Assembly (NCBI GenBank): GCA_043228905.1
Contig: JBHGNT010000017.1
Location: forward strand, 8,184,001-8,248,000
Origin: Azolla caroliniana
Taxonomy: Eukaryota; Plantae; Polypodiophyta
Length of the DNA stretch: 64,000 nucleotides
Direction of reading: 5' to 3'
Both the position numbers and the translations under genes were made by a program. How positions within the stretch are numbered: the first letter of the stretch is position 1; every line of letters begins with the position of its first letter. Below, in pieces: positions 23,069 through 34,741 of this stretch. The notes beneath the pieces were generated by a model. That model did not search any database and was not told where the DNA came from. It worked only from the letters and a program-made list of their open reading frames with translations.

Positions 23069-26000
23069 TGTCGAATACAAGTGTATAATGGACATATTCA
23101 CACTATCCCTTTGTATAGATCAAGTTTGGGCCATTTGTGTAATTAGCATAAATGGTAGTTGCCCTAAGTCGGTCACTATATATATTGACCTTGTAACCTT
23201 TTGTAAGGTTGGTTGTATTGTTGTTTTTCTATTGAATAGAAAGACTCTTTTGTGCCTCTCTCTCTCTCTCTCTCTGTGCACGATCTTAGAGACTGTCATA
23301 CGCAGGTACTCAACACGAATCGAATGCTATCAGATCTTCCGCATTGACGGCCTTTGTCTTCAACATCTGGTATCAGAGCCTGCACAGTATTCGGTCCCTC
23401 AACCCGCTGTCGGCCGTCGTCTCAGCCTGCACAACATTCGGTTTCTAGCGTCATTCGAAGAAGAGAGAAGAAGAAGAAAAACGAGGCTTGCATCTCATCG
23501 CGTTAGATCATCTTCGCTTGGAGTAAGCCAGCCGGTTGTACTCTGTTCCTTGTGATCGTAACCGCTCGAGGTGAAATCCCCTTGTGCAACATTGACACGA
23601 TCGTGCTCCACTCGGTTAAACGGCATCCGAAGAGGTCATCAAACGCTGCTCGCAGCTCATTGTTACCACTCGGTGCAGATCGGTCTCAAGACAACAACCC
23701 AAATTCGTGCTTCATCCGGCTGATCGACATTCGGGAGGATCAGTTGGATCTGTCTCTCTCGTCGCTGCAGTCACCCGAAGCAGAATCGGTCCAGACAATC
23801 GGGTTCAATAATCGGTATTTGGCATATATATTCGGAAGCGAACCGGGCTCACTCCGACTCGGCAACATTCGGGAAGACCAGTCGGTTCTGTCCCTCAAGT
23901 TACCGGAGTCAATTCGAGCAAGTTCAACAATACATATATCCGAAGCCGAACCGACTCGGGTTCAAATCCGACTAGAACGATATCGGGTGAGCCAACCGGC
24001 TGCACTCCAACAAGGTTCATAGTCAACTCCGAACCGAGCTTCGTCAACCGAAACCAAATTTGATGGCATCAACATCCGGCTCGTCAGAAATGAGTCTACG
24101 AAAGTTCGATGGATCGAACTTCAACTTCTGGAAGGAGCAAATGCAGGACTATCTCATAGTCAAGGGGCAAATCGATCCCATCGAAAATGAAGAACCTCCA
24201 GAAGGATACAAACCAATTGAGTGGCAGAAGCTGGACAGAATCGTCCGCGCCACGATTCGGATGCACCTATCGGAATCGGTATACTTTACGGTGCAATCGT
24301 GTACGACAGCATTCGAACTGTGGAAAACACTGTCGGACACTTACGAAAAGAAGGTCGCTGCAACAAAGATGTTTCTGATCCGGCGCCTCTACAACTTGCG
24401 GATGAAAGAATCAGATTCGGTTCAAGCACATCTCAATGAGTACGAAAGCATAAGCTCCCAAATCTCATCTCAGGGGACGGCAATCGAGGATGAACTCAGA
24501 GCAATGATACTCATGAGCAGCCTTCCCTCATCATGGGAAACTTTCGTCACAACCGTGTGCAACGCGTCAACCACGGCTGTTAAATACTCCGAAGTCACGA
24601 GCGCAATCCTGACCGAAGCAGCTCGGAGAAAGTCTTTCGCCAAAGACTCAACAGACGGCGCTTATGTAGTACAAGGTTCGACAGACCGATCGAACATACG
24701 AGGAAGAGATTCCTCACGGCAGCCGAACAATCAGCGAAGACGGAGCCAGTCACGGGATAATCGAATCTGCAACTATTGCAAGAAACCCGGACACGTCAAA
24801 GCCGACTGCCGCGCACTCAAGAACAAGAACGACAAGTCTCAGAAATCAGACAAGAAGAGTGGCCGGCATGAGGAGATCAATTACGTCAGCTTCTCAGCTG
24901 ATGTGCTACCAAACGACCCGAATATACTATCAATCGAAAATCCAGTCGGATCAGAAGTTCTGCTCACGACTGAAGAATCGAGCACATGGCTCTTAGATTC
25001 GGGCGCGTCATTTCACGTGACTCCTCATCGATCCCAATTTCGGCAATATACGATCCGTCACTCCGACTCAGTTCGAGTCGGCAACTCGCAACACTGTGAC
25101 ATCATTGGAATCGGCACAGTAGAGCTCAACCTTGCAAGTGGCTCTACACTTGTACTTCACAATGTCCGACATGTACCCGAGCTCTCAAGGCCATTGATCT
25201 CAGTCGGACAACTAGATGAAGACGGCATTCGTGCCGGTTTTTCTTCGGGAGGGTGGACACTCCACAGGGGGAACCTCCTGCTTGCTAGAGGACCCAAGAT
25301 ACACTCACTGTATCCGTTACATGTTACGCTCAGAGAGGGTAACCTGTTTTTGGTGGATATTCCTGTGTCATCACTATGGCACAGAAGATTAGGACACCTC
25401 AGCAAGGCCGGCATTACGCACCTATCTAGAGCCGGATACATCCCTAAACTCTCCTTCTCGGACCATCAATTCTGCGAACATTGCCAGTATGGCAAACAAG
25501 CAGCCGCATCACACCCGACATCAGCACCAAGAGAAACGAGACCTCTCGATTTAGTCCACTCGGACGTCTGTGGCCCGATGCCGCATCAGTCTCTCGGTGG
25601 TGCCTCTTACTTCGTCAGTTTTATTGACGATTCGACTCGAAAGGTGTGGGCTTATCCAATTCGCACCAAAGATCGTGTCTTCTCGATCTTCTCCGATTGG
25701 CTCGCTATGGTAGAAAATCAAACTGACCGAAAACTGAAATGCTTTTGGACCGACAATGGGGGAGAGTTCAAATCAGAAGAATTCGTCAAATTCTGCCGAC
25801 AACGCGGCATCCGACGTGAATTTACGGCACCACACAGTCCGGAGCAAAACGGGATTGCAGAACGCATGAATCGGACAATCCAAGAACGGATAGTTTCCAT
25901 GCTCCAACACTCCGGACTGTCGGATGGCTTCTGGGCAGAGGCTCTACTCACGGCAGTACACATAATCAATATGTCGCCAAGCAGACCTCTAGGACTTCAA

Positions 26001-28587
26001 ATTCCTCAGGAACTATGGATCGGCAGTAAGCCGAATTACGACAAGCTGAGGATCTTCGGATGCGAGGCATACGCCCTTATTCCGAGAGATGATCGCCGAA
26101 AACTTGCACCTCGGTCCAGGAAATGCATTTTCCTTGGATATGGATCAGACGGCAAAATGGGATACCGACTTTGGGACCCCGAACGCAGACAAATCGTTCG
26201 AAGTTCGGACGTTGTGTTCAACGAGTCGGCTATGAATCCATCAGTCGAAAAACCGATCGAAGTCCGAAGGGTAACATTTTCCGATGTGCCGACCCTTCAA
26301 GAAGGCCCCGCTCTTGACACACGGTCAGCTTCACGGGTAGCTGAACCTTACACCACCGACTCGGACAACTCCGACTCGGCACAACAGAATAATTCGCTTT
26401 CGGACCATCCGACCTCGATACCCGATGCGACCAGTGCAATCATACCTCGACGATCCGAGAGACTGTCGCAACCTCCGGAGAGGTATTCTCCTAGAATTTT
26501 CTTCACCGACGCCGGCGAACCGACGTCTTACGAAGAAGCATCGACATCTGTTGATTCAGCCACCTGGCATCTGGCGATGGAGTCGGAAATGCACTCCATT
26601 CGGGCAAACAAGACCTGGGATCTGGTCGAACCACCTAAGAATCGACGTGCTCTTCCTTGCAAGTGGGTTTATCGACTAAAAGAGACGTCTGATTCGACCA
26701 CCCCAAAGTACAAGGCCAGATTAGTTGCGAAGGGCTTCCGACAAGAATATGGCGTCGACTTCGACGAGATTTTTTCACCAGTGGTGAAAATGACAACCCT
26801 TCGTTTTCTGCTCGGCGTAGTGGCAGCCGACAACTTGGAGCTGATTCAGCTAGATGTCAAAACAGCCTTCCTCCATGGTGATCTTGAAGAGGAAATTTAT
26901 ATGGAACAGCCAAAAGGCTTCGTGGCAACTGGCTAAGAACATCTAGTCTGCCGACTCAGGAAGAGTCTATACGGCCTCAAACAGGCACCGCGACAATGGT
27001 ACAAGAAGTTCGACGACTTCATCCAATCGATCGGCTTCTCAAAAAGCGATGAGGACCATTGTCTTTTTACCAACACAGCTCAAGATGGATCACCCATCTT
27101 CCTCATCATTTACGTGGACGACATGCTAATTTCTGGACGCCACGCGGGCGAACTTGCCGATCTCATTCGGCAACTGCGGTTGAAGTTTGCCATGAAGGAC
27201 CTCGGTCCGGCACGACACATACTTGGCATGAAGATTAGTCGGCATCGTGATAAACGACATCTTTTTTTGTCTCAGACCGACTATATCGGACGTGTCTTGG
27301 AACGCTTCAACATGCAATCAGCCAAATCTGCTTCAACCCCGCTCCCCATGAATCTTCGGCTCTCTCAGCGAGACTGCCCGACATCCGGTCCGGAGGGGGA
27401 AGATATGAAGTCGGTACCGTATGCACCGGCAGTCGGCTCCCTTATGTACCTGATGGTCACGACACGGCCTGATATTTCTCATGCCGTAGGAGTTGTTAGC
27501 AGATTTATGCACAATCCTGGCCGATCGCATTGGAACGCAGTCAAGCATGTGTTCAAATATCTGGCTGGCACAAAAGATCACGACATTCTTTTCGGTCCGA
27601 ACTCAACCTCAGGCGTAGTCGGTTACACCGACTCGGACTTTGCCGGCTGTATAGACAGTCGGAAATCAACAACCGGATACTGCTTCAAATTCGGCAATGG
27701 AGCAATTTCGTGGAAGTCGAAACTTCAGGAGTGCACAACGACCTCAACGACCGAAGCAGAATATGTAGCTGCGTCCGACGCTGCAAAAGAAGCTTTGTGG
27801 CTCGGCCGACTGGCGCACACGTTTCGACAAGTCGACCATGACTCGGCCCCAGTTGTCTATAGCGACAGTCAAGGTGCTGTTGCCTTGTCGAAAAATCCGG
27901 TTCACCACAACGCCTCCAAACATATCGACGTTCGATATCACTTCGTTCGGGACTGCGTCATTTCAGGGAAAATCGGTCTAAAGAAAATATCCACAACCGA
28001 CAATGTCGCAGATGGAATGACCAAGTGTCTTTCGGCAGACCGCTTTCGGTCCCTTCGGCATCAGATGGGCGTAACGACAAACCAGTCCGGTTAGAGCCGG
28101 ACACAGCGCAGGATGGTTTCAGACAACCGACATCAGTTCCCTAATGATCGGCTTCAACTCTTCCGACCCGACCAGTCCGGTCTTCTGCCTTCGGACCCTG
28201 CCGACTCGAACAAAACTGATATGTCCGAGAACCTAGGTTTATACCTGTAATCTTAGATAACCCATGTATACGCCCATTACGGGGGAGTGTCGAATACAAG
28301 TGTATAATGGACGTATTCACACTATCCCTTTGTATAGATCAAGTTTGGGCCATTTGTGTAATTAGCATAAATGGTAGTTGCCCTAAGTCGGTCACTATAT
28401 ATATTGACCTTGTAACCTTTTTGTAAGGTTGGTTGTATTGTTGTTTTTCTATTGAATAGAAAGACTCTTTTGTGCCTCTCTCTCTCTCTCTCTCTCTGTG
28501 CACGATCTTAGAGACTGTCATACGCAGGTACTCAACACGAATCGAATGCTATCAGATCTTCCGCAATGACGGCCTTTGTCTTCAACA
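23069..28587 (+). mobile_element. Full-length, recent Ty1/copia retrotransposon
   Basis: LTRs 23069-23365 and 28288-28587 (TG..CA; 2 substitutions and 2 small indels seen). Perfect TSD GTCTT. PBS TGGTATCAGAGCC 23368-23380. PPT GGGGGAG 28281. Confidence 0.98.
24063..28094 (+). pseudogene. Copia gag-pol polyprotein with a single in-frame stop (TAA 26934-26936)
   Basis: CNYCKKPGHVKADC, WLLDSGASFH, LVHSDVCGP/DNGGE/AERMNR, YVDDML, GYTDSDFAG, all in one frame. Confidence 0.95.
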
Positions 28588-30101
28588 GTCTTCAATGAAG
28601 ACTCAATTCTCTCTGAATGAAACCAACTGAAAAAGGTCGGCAAAAAGGTCTCCGTCGACATTGACAGAGATGTCGTAGAAGGACCGACCCACCGGGCTGA
28701 ATAAGAATGAGGTCCACTAGTCGAAATTGTTTCGATTAGAAGATTGACAAGAATTGAAAAGGACAAAGTTGAATTGACCAACTTGCCAAAATAGGCTAAG
28801 GTACCGAAAGACTGAACGAACTGAGCAAGGCACCAACCCCTCAGTCAATCGATTTCGAAGACGGGGATGAAATCCTATTTAAGGGGCAAGTCATCCAAAA
28901 TGACTCCTGAAGATGGTTCAAGAAATACCAATCAACCGACAGAGATGATAGAAGAATCCGAGCCAAACCACTCGGCACCTAGGAGATCCAGACGAGTCCA
29001 AAGGCTGACAAAGTTTTATCAACCGGGCATCGACTACGTTAACTACACGGATGCAGGTGTACCCAACTCCTATGAGGATGTTGTGGTTGCACCGGATGTC
29101 AAGACATGGCTACAAGACATGAGATCCGAGATGGACTCGATCAAGGAAAATAAGACATGGGAGTTGGTCAAATTACCAGCCGGGAAGGAAGCCGTTACTA
29201 TGAAAATGGGTCTACTGATATAGGTATGTATCCGGTTCGGAATGACCCAAATATAAAGTTCGGCTCGTTGCCAAAGGTTTCAAACAGGAACATGGGGTCG
29301 ACTATGATGAAATCTTTTCACTTGTAGTCAAGATGACTACCCTTCAACTCCTACTCGAGTTGTGGCAACAAAAGACCTACACCTCAAGCAACTAAACGTA
29401 AAGACGACATTCCTACATGGAGACTTGGAAGAAGACATCTATTTGTCTCAACCCGCAGGTTTCATGACGACGGGGGATGAAGGTCACCTCGTATGCCGAC
29501 TAAAGAAAAGCCTTTATGGCTTAAAACAAGCGATGCATGAGGATGTGGTACCAGAAGTTCGACTCCTACGTTAGGCAGTTTGGTTACAGTTGGTCCGACT
29601 CCGACCCGTGTATGTATATTCAGAAATTGGGCGATGAGTCCTGGATATACCTGATCCTATATGTCGACGACATGCTCATTGCCGGAAGCAAATCAAGAAG
29701 AGATAGGAGAACTAAAGTGGAGCCTTCATGACAAGTTTGTGATGAAGGAACTCAGACAAGCCCGACGCATACTGGGCATGAGGATAGAGCGAAGTCGGAC
29801 AGCAAAGACCCTCCTCCGGCTCTCTCAGTCCGACTACATCCAAAAGGTACTAAGGTGCTTCAATATGGAGAATGCGAAGCCAGCACCAAAACCGCTCCTG
29901 ACATCGCACTGAATATCGGACATAAACTCTCCATCCACAAAAGATGAGAGAAAGCTCATGAGTAGAATACCCTATGCATCAGCCGCAGGAACTATCATGT
30001 ACACAATGGTGGTGACCCGGCCCGACCTTACATATGTCATAGTGATCATCAATTGCTACATGTCAAAACTTGGACGAAAGCACAAGGAGGTTGTAAAGAA
30101 C

Positions 30102-30394
30102 TGTTGATAATCACACTCAACTTCTCGTGAGTGGGAACACACTCTAGGATACTCAAGTGTGTGAACACCCCACCTCCTTGTATAGTAACTAGTGTGTCAT
30201 AGAAGTTAATGTCCTATGACACATATTCTTTAAGTAGTTAAGATACGACCTCTTTCCCAAGAGGCGGTACTCTAGTGAGAGAACTTAGAGAGAAGGTGAC
30301 TACATGAGCACCCTCTCTCTCTCTCTCTCTTTGTAACGTTGTTGGTCATTCTTGCTTTTTGTGTAATACAATTTTCTAATTCTCTGTAATCGTG

Positions 30395-30436
<42 letters not shown>

Positions 30437-33400
30437 ACAGACACACACACACAATTCTTCCGTTGCACAGAATCCATTCGATTCTTTACATGGTATTAGA
30501 GCATGGTTGCTTGATTGAAGCTCATCGCCTCTGCGCGTTCAGCAAGAACCGACTGATCGTTGTAGCAACAATCTACACAATTCGCATCAAGAAGAAGAAG
30601 AAGAAGCTCGACATGAACACACATATGGGAAGCGCTCTTCCTACCGAAAAGCTCGACAGAAACAACTTTGCATCTTGGGAGTATAAGATGCACCAATACC
30701 TTGTCGGCCAAGGCTATTGGAGTTATGTCGAAGGGCCAAACGAAAATCAACTCAACCCAACACATGCCGACTACCCAGCTTGGGAGCAAGCGGCGAGTCA
30801 TGTGTTGTAATGTCTTGCATCATGCGTCCATGATCACATGCGTCCATGATCACATGCTCGGCTACATCCGAGAGGCCAAAATGCCGGAGGTGTGGGGGAA
30901 CCTCAAGAAGATTTTCGCGGCCAACACGACCGCAAGAAAGCTTCAACTCCGTCAAGAGTTGAATGGTATACAATAGAGGGACATGTCAATCGGCAACTAC
31001 ACTTTGAAGATCAAGGAGTTGTGTGATGCCCTTGGGTCGATCAATGTTAGCATTGATGATGATGAAATGGTGCAGATTTGCCTCGGTTCGGTTCGGAGCC
31101 ATTCGGTCAACTATGCCTTGCGAGGGAGAATCCTCCCTCCTTCGATCTCCAGTCGATGTTGCTGGTTGAGGAGAATCATGTTCGAACAAGAAGCAATGCG
31201 CAAGATGGACAAATGCTCTATTCGAACTTCGATGGAGGAAGAGGACAAGGTCAGGGAAGAAGAGGTTGATTCGGTCAAGGCCGAGACAACCAAGAGCAAC
31301 CCCGAGAACATAACTTCTATTACCGACAAGTGTTGAACGTGTGAGGCGGAGCGTCCGGAAGAAGGGGGAGTGATCAAGCCGGACCCAACCGACAAAACAA
31401 TCCCGCTCAATGTGGATACTGTAGTAAATTCGGCCACTATGAGGCAGAGTGTCGGAAAAAGAAGAGTGAGTCGGCCTCCACAAACCGACGACTCACAAAC
31501 TACGCCTCCAACTCCGACTACGACAATTGTGGTGGAATGTTTGTGATGAGGCACAAAGCAAACTCAATGATAGCCTCCAACCCAACCAACTCAACATACC
31601 TGGATCTACCCTATGCGGCGGAAGAGAGAAGTGTTCAAACACTTTCAAAGGTTCAAAAATGAAGTCGAAAAGGCAACCGGTCAGCATGTCAGATGCCTTC
31701 AATCGGACGGAGGCAAAGAGTACTTCTCTAACGCCTTTACAGCATACCTTCGACAAGAAGGAATTCGGTGAGAGTTTACCTGCTGACACACACCTTAGCA
31801 GAATGCAGTAGCCAAACGCAAGAATCGGCACATACTCGGGGTGGCAAGGGCAATGATGAACGAGAAACATCTGCCAAAATCATATTGGGTTGAAGCGGCG
31901 AATACGACCCTTTATCTTATGAATTGTTGCACAACATCAGAAGTGCACAAAGTTACCCCCTGCGAAAAGATCTATGGGAGGAAACTGGACCTATCTCATG
32001 TCAGGATATTTGGTTCAATTGCATATGTAATATTCCCAACGAGAAGCGGCAGAAGGTCAATCCCAAGTCAGAGAAATGTATACTCGTAGGGTACTCACTT
32101 GAGCAAAAAGGGTACAAGTGCTTCAACCCTTCCACCAAGAAGGTAAGAGTGAGTAGTGATGTAGTATTCGACGAGTCAACATCTAGGTATACAGTCGAAT
32201 CAACTCCATCCTCCACAGTCGAAACTGAGTTCGACACAGATGCAGAGGAAAATGATCGATTGAGGCCCACATCAGAGGAAAGTCCAATCTCAACTAGTTT
32301 GAGTGGACCACAAGAGCCTCCAAGCGACCAAAGTATGTCGTGGCCGAGTCCGAGTCCGAAACAGGACAAAGGAAAGGCCAAAATTCATGAGTACAAAGAC
32401 TTAATTGGAAATGAATTGACTCACTTATCCGAAAGTGAGTTTGGTAGATTGGATGTGCCCATCATGAGGACACCAAGAGAACCACGTTGATCCACCCGAG
32501 AAAAGAACGTAGTCAGCCAATTCGGCTACAACGACTACATGGCATATCATTATGCATTCATGATGGTGTCGATAGTCCGAGAACCGGAAAACTATTCCGA
32601 AGCCACGACAGACCCTAGATGGGTCAAAGCGATGAATGAGGAGATGCAAGCACTCTCCAAGAACGAGACATGGGATCTCCTCCCTTCTTCACACCACTAA
32701 AAGGCAATTGGATGTCGGTGGATCTTCAAAGTGAAGCACAACGCCGACGACACTGTCAAACAGTACAAAGCCCGGCTTGTGGCGAAGGGCTACGCACAGA
32801 TGCACGGTGTCAACTGCAAAGAGACCTTTGCCCTGGTGGCAAAGATGATTACAATTCGAACCATGATCGCGCTTGCAACAACAAAAGGGTGGCATCTCCA
32901 CCAAATGGACGTAAAGATCGCCTTTCTACAAGGCGAGTTAGACGAAGAGTTCTACATGGTTCAACCACCCGAATTCGTGTCGACTACGCAACAATTGTCT
33001 GCTGACTCAAAAATCCTCTTTATGGCCTCAAGTAGGCACCTAAAGCTTGGCACTCGAACATAACCCAATATCTTCATCAAATCGGTTTCAACATGTCCAA
33101 GTTCGACAACTCTCTGTTCATCCGGAGCGACTCCAGAGGACAGGTATTTATTATTTATGTGGATGACTTGGTCTTAGGAGGAGAGCATTTAGCGGATATT
33201 GAGCACATCAAGAAGCTCCTCTCCAAACGATTCGAAATGACCGATATGAAGGAAGTTAGGAACTCTATTACTTTCTAGGAATAGAAGTAATTCAGATAGC
33301 ATCATGCTTTCTCAAAAGCACTATATCCTCAATCTTCTTTACAAGTTTGGGATGACACAGTGTAAGCCTGTCACCACTCCTCCCGATCGAAATCTAAAGC

Positions 33401-34651
33401 TAGATGTTGACTCAAGCACTAGAGAGTGTGAGCCAACGCATTATTGTCAACTAGTTGGAAGCCTCATCTACCTCACAATTACTAGACGTGACCTGAGTTA
33501 CCCGGTGGGCCTCCTTAGCTAGTTCATGCAAACTCCATGAGATATCCATCTTGACTATGCTAGGCAAGTCCTAAGGTATGTGAATGGAACCATGGAGTTC
33601 GGCATCCTTTACAAATTGGCCACACAGATACGACTCCAAAGATATACTAATGTTGATTGGGCCGACTACAGAGCCGACCGACGATCGACATCCAATTTTT
33701 TTTTCTCTCTCGGGGGTGACGCCATAACGTGGAGTAGTAAGAAACAACCGACAATCGCACTATCGAGCACTGAAGCCGAATACAGGGGCGCGGCCTTAGC
33801 CGCATGTGAAGCCGTTTGGCTCAAGAGAATCCTAAAGGATCCGAGTGTTCCCATCAAGGATTCAATTCTCCTCTATTGTGACAACATGAGCAGTATCCAC
33901 CTCGCTCAAATCCCAGTCTTCCATGCTCGGACTAAGCACATCGAAGTGCACTATCACTTCATCCGAGAGTGTGTTCTGGCCGGGGATGTCGACCTACAAC
34001 ATATCAACACAAACCTACAGATAACTGACATCTTCACCAAGGCCCTAGGAGTCGACAAGCTACGACAGTTCACGACGAACCTGGGTCTTTCGACCATTGA
34101 CCAACCAAGCTTGAGGGGGAGTAAGGAGCAGGGGTGTATTGGGCAGGAGTGAACCGGTCATCCGAAGCCGGAGTCGACTCAAAGCCGACCTGAAGACCAG
34201 TCTGAATGAACCATCCAATGATCGGAAGTTGTGTTTGAAGGGGCATGTTGAGAATCAAACTCAACTTCTCGTGAGTGGGAACACACTCTAGGATACTCAA
34301 GTGTGTGAACACCCCACCTCCTTGTATAGTAAGGAGTGTTTCATAGAAGTTAATGTCCTATTACACATATTCTTGAAGTAGTTAAGACACGACCTACTAG
34401 TGAGAGAACTTAGAGAGAAGGCAACTACATAAGCACTCTCTCTCTTTGTAACGTTATTGGTCATTCTTGCTTTTTGTGTAATACAATTTTCTGATTCTCT
34501 GTAATCGTGAGATCTCTCTCTCTTTGTAACGTTGTTGGTCATTCTTGATATCTATGTAATACAGTTTTCTGGTTCTCTGTAATTGTGAGCTCTCTCTCTA
34601 CACACACACACACAATTCTTCCATTACATAGAATCCATCCGATTCTCCACT
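30102..34651 (+). mobile_element. Degenerate Ty1/copia with both LTRs (30102-30490, 34246-34651) and internal deletions
   Basis: Related but clearly diverged LTRs. PBS TGGTATTAGAGC 30491. Fragments of gag, integrase, RT and RNase H. No matching TSD. Confidence 0.9.
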
Positions 34652-34741
34652 TCAAGAGATTTGAACACCCTATGTACTCTCTATTGTTCGACTTTCAACG
34701 GCAACATGCACCTGAGCGGAATCGGTGCACCGGAGCGTAGG

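Larger units (their letters stand above)
21980..30101 (+). mobile_element. Old degenerate Ty1/copia (integrase 21980-23068, RT 28593-30101), interrupted by the 23069 element and truncated at 30102
   Basis: DNGGEY, AERINR, KCIFLGY..GYRLWD..SSDVVF|NED continues across the insertion. RT motifs LYGLKQ and LYVDDML. Confidence 0.85.

Noticed and set aside
22554-24022. 333-aa and 156-aa ORFs as novel proteins
   Set aside because: Chimeric read-through from an old integrase into the inserted LTR and 5' UTR.
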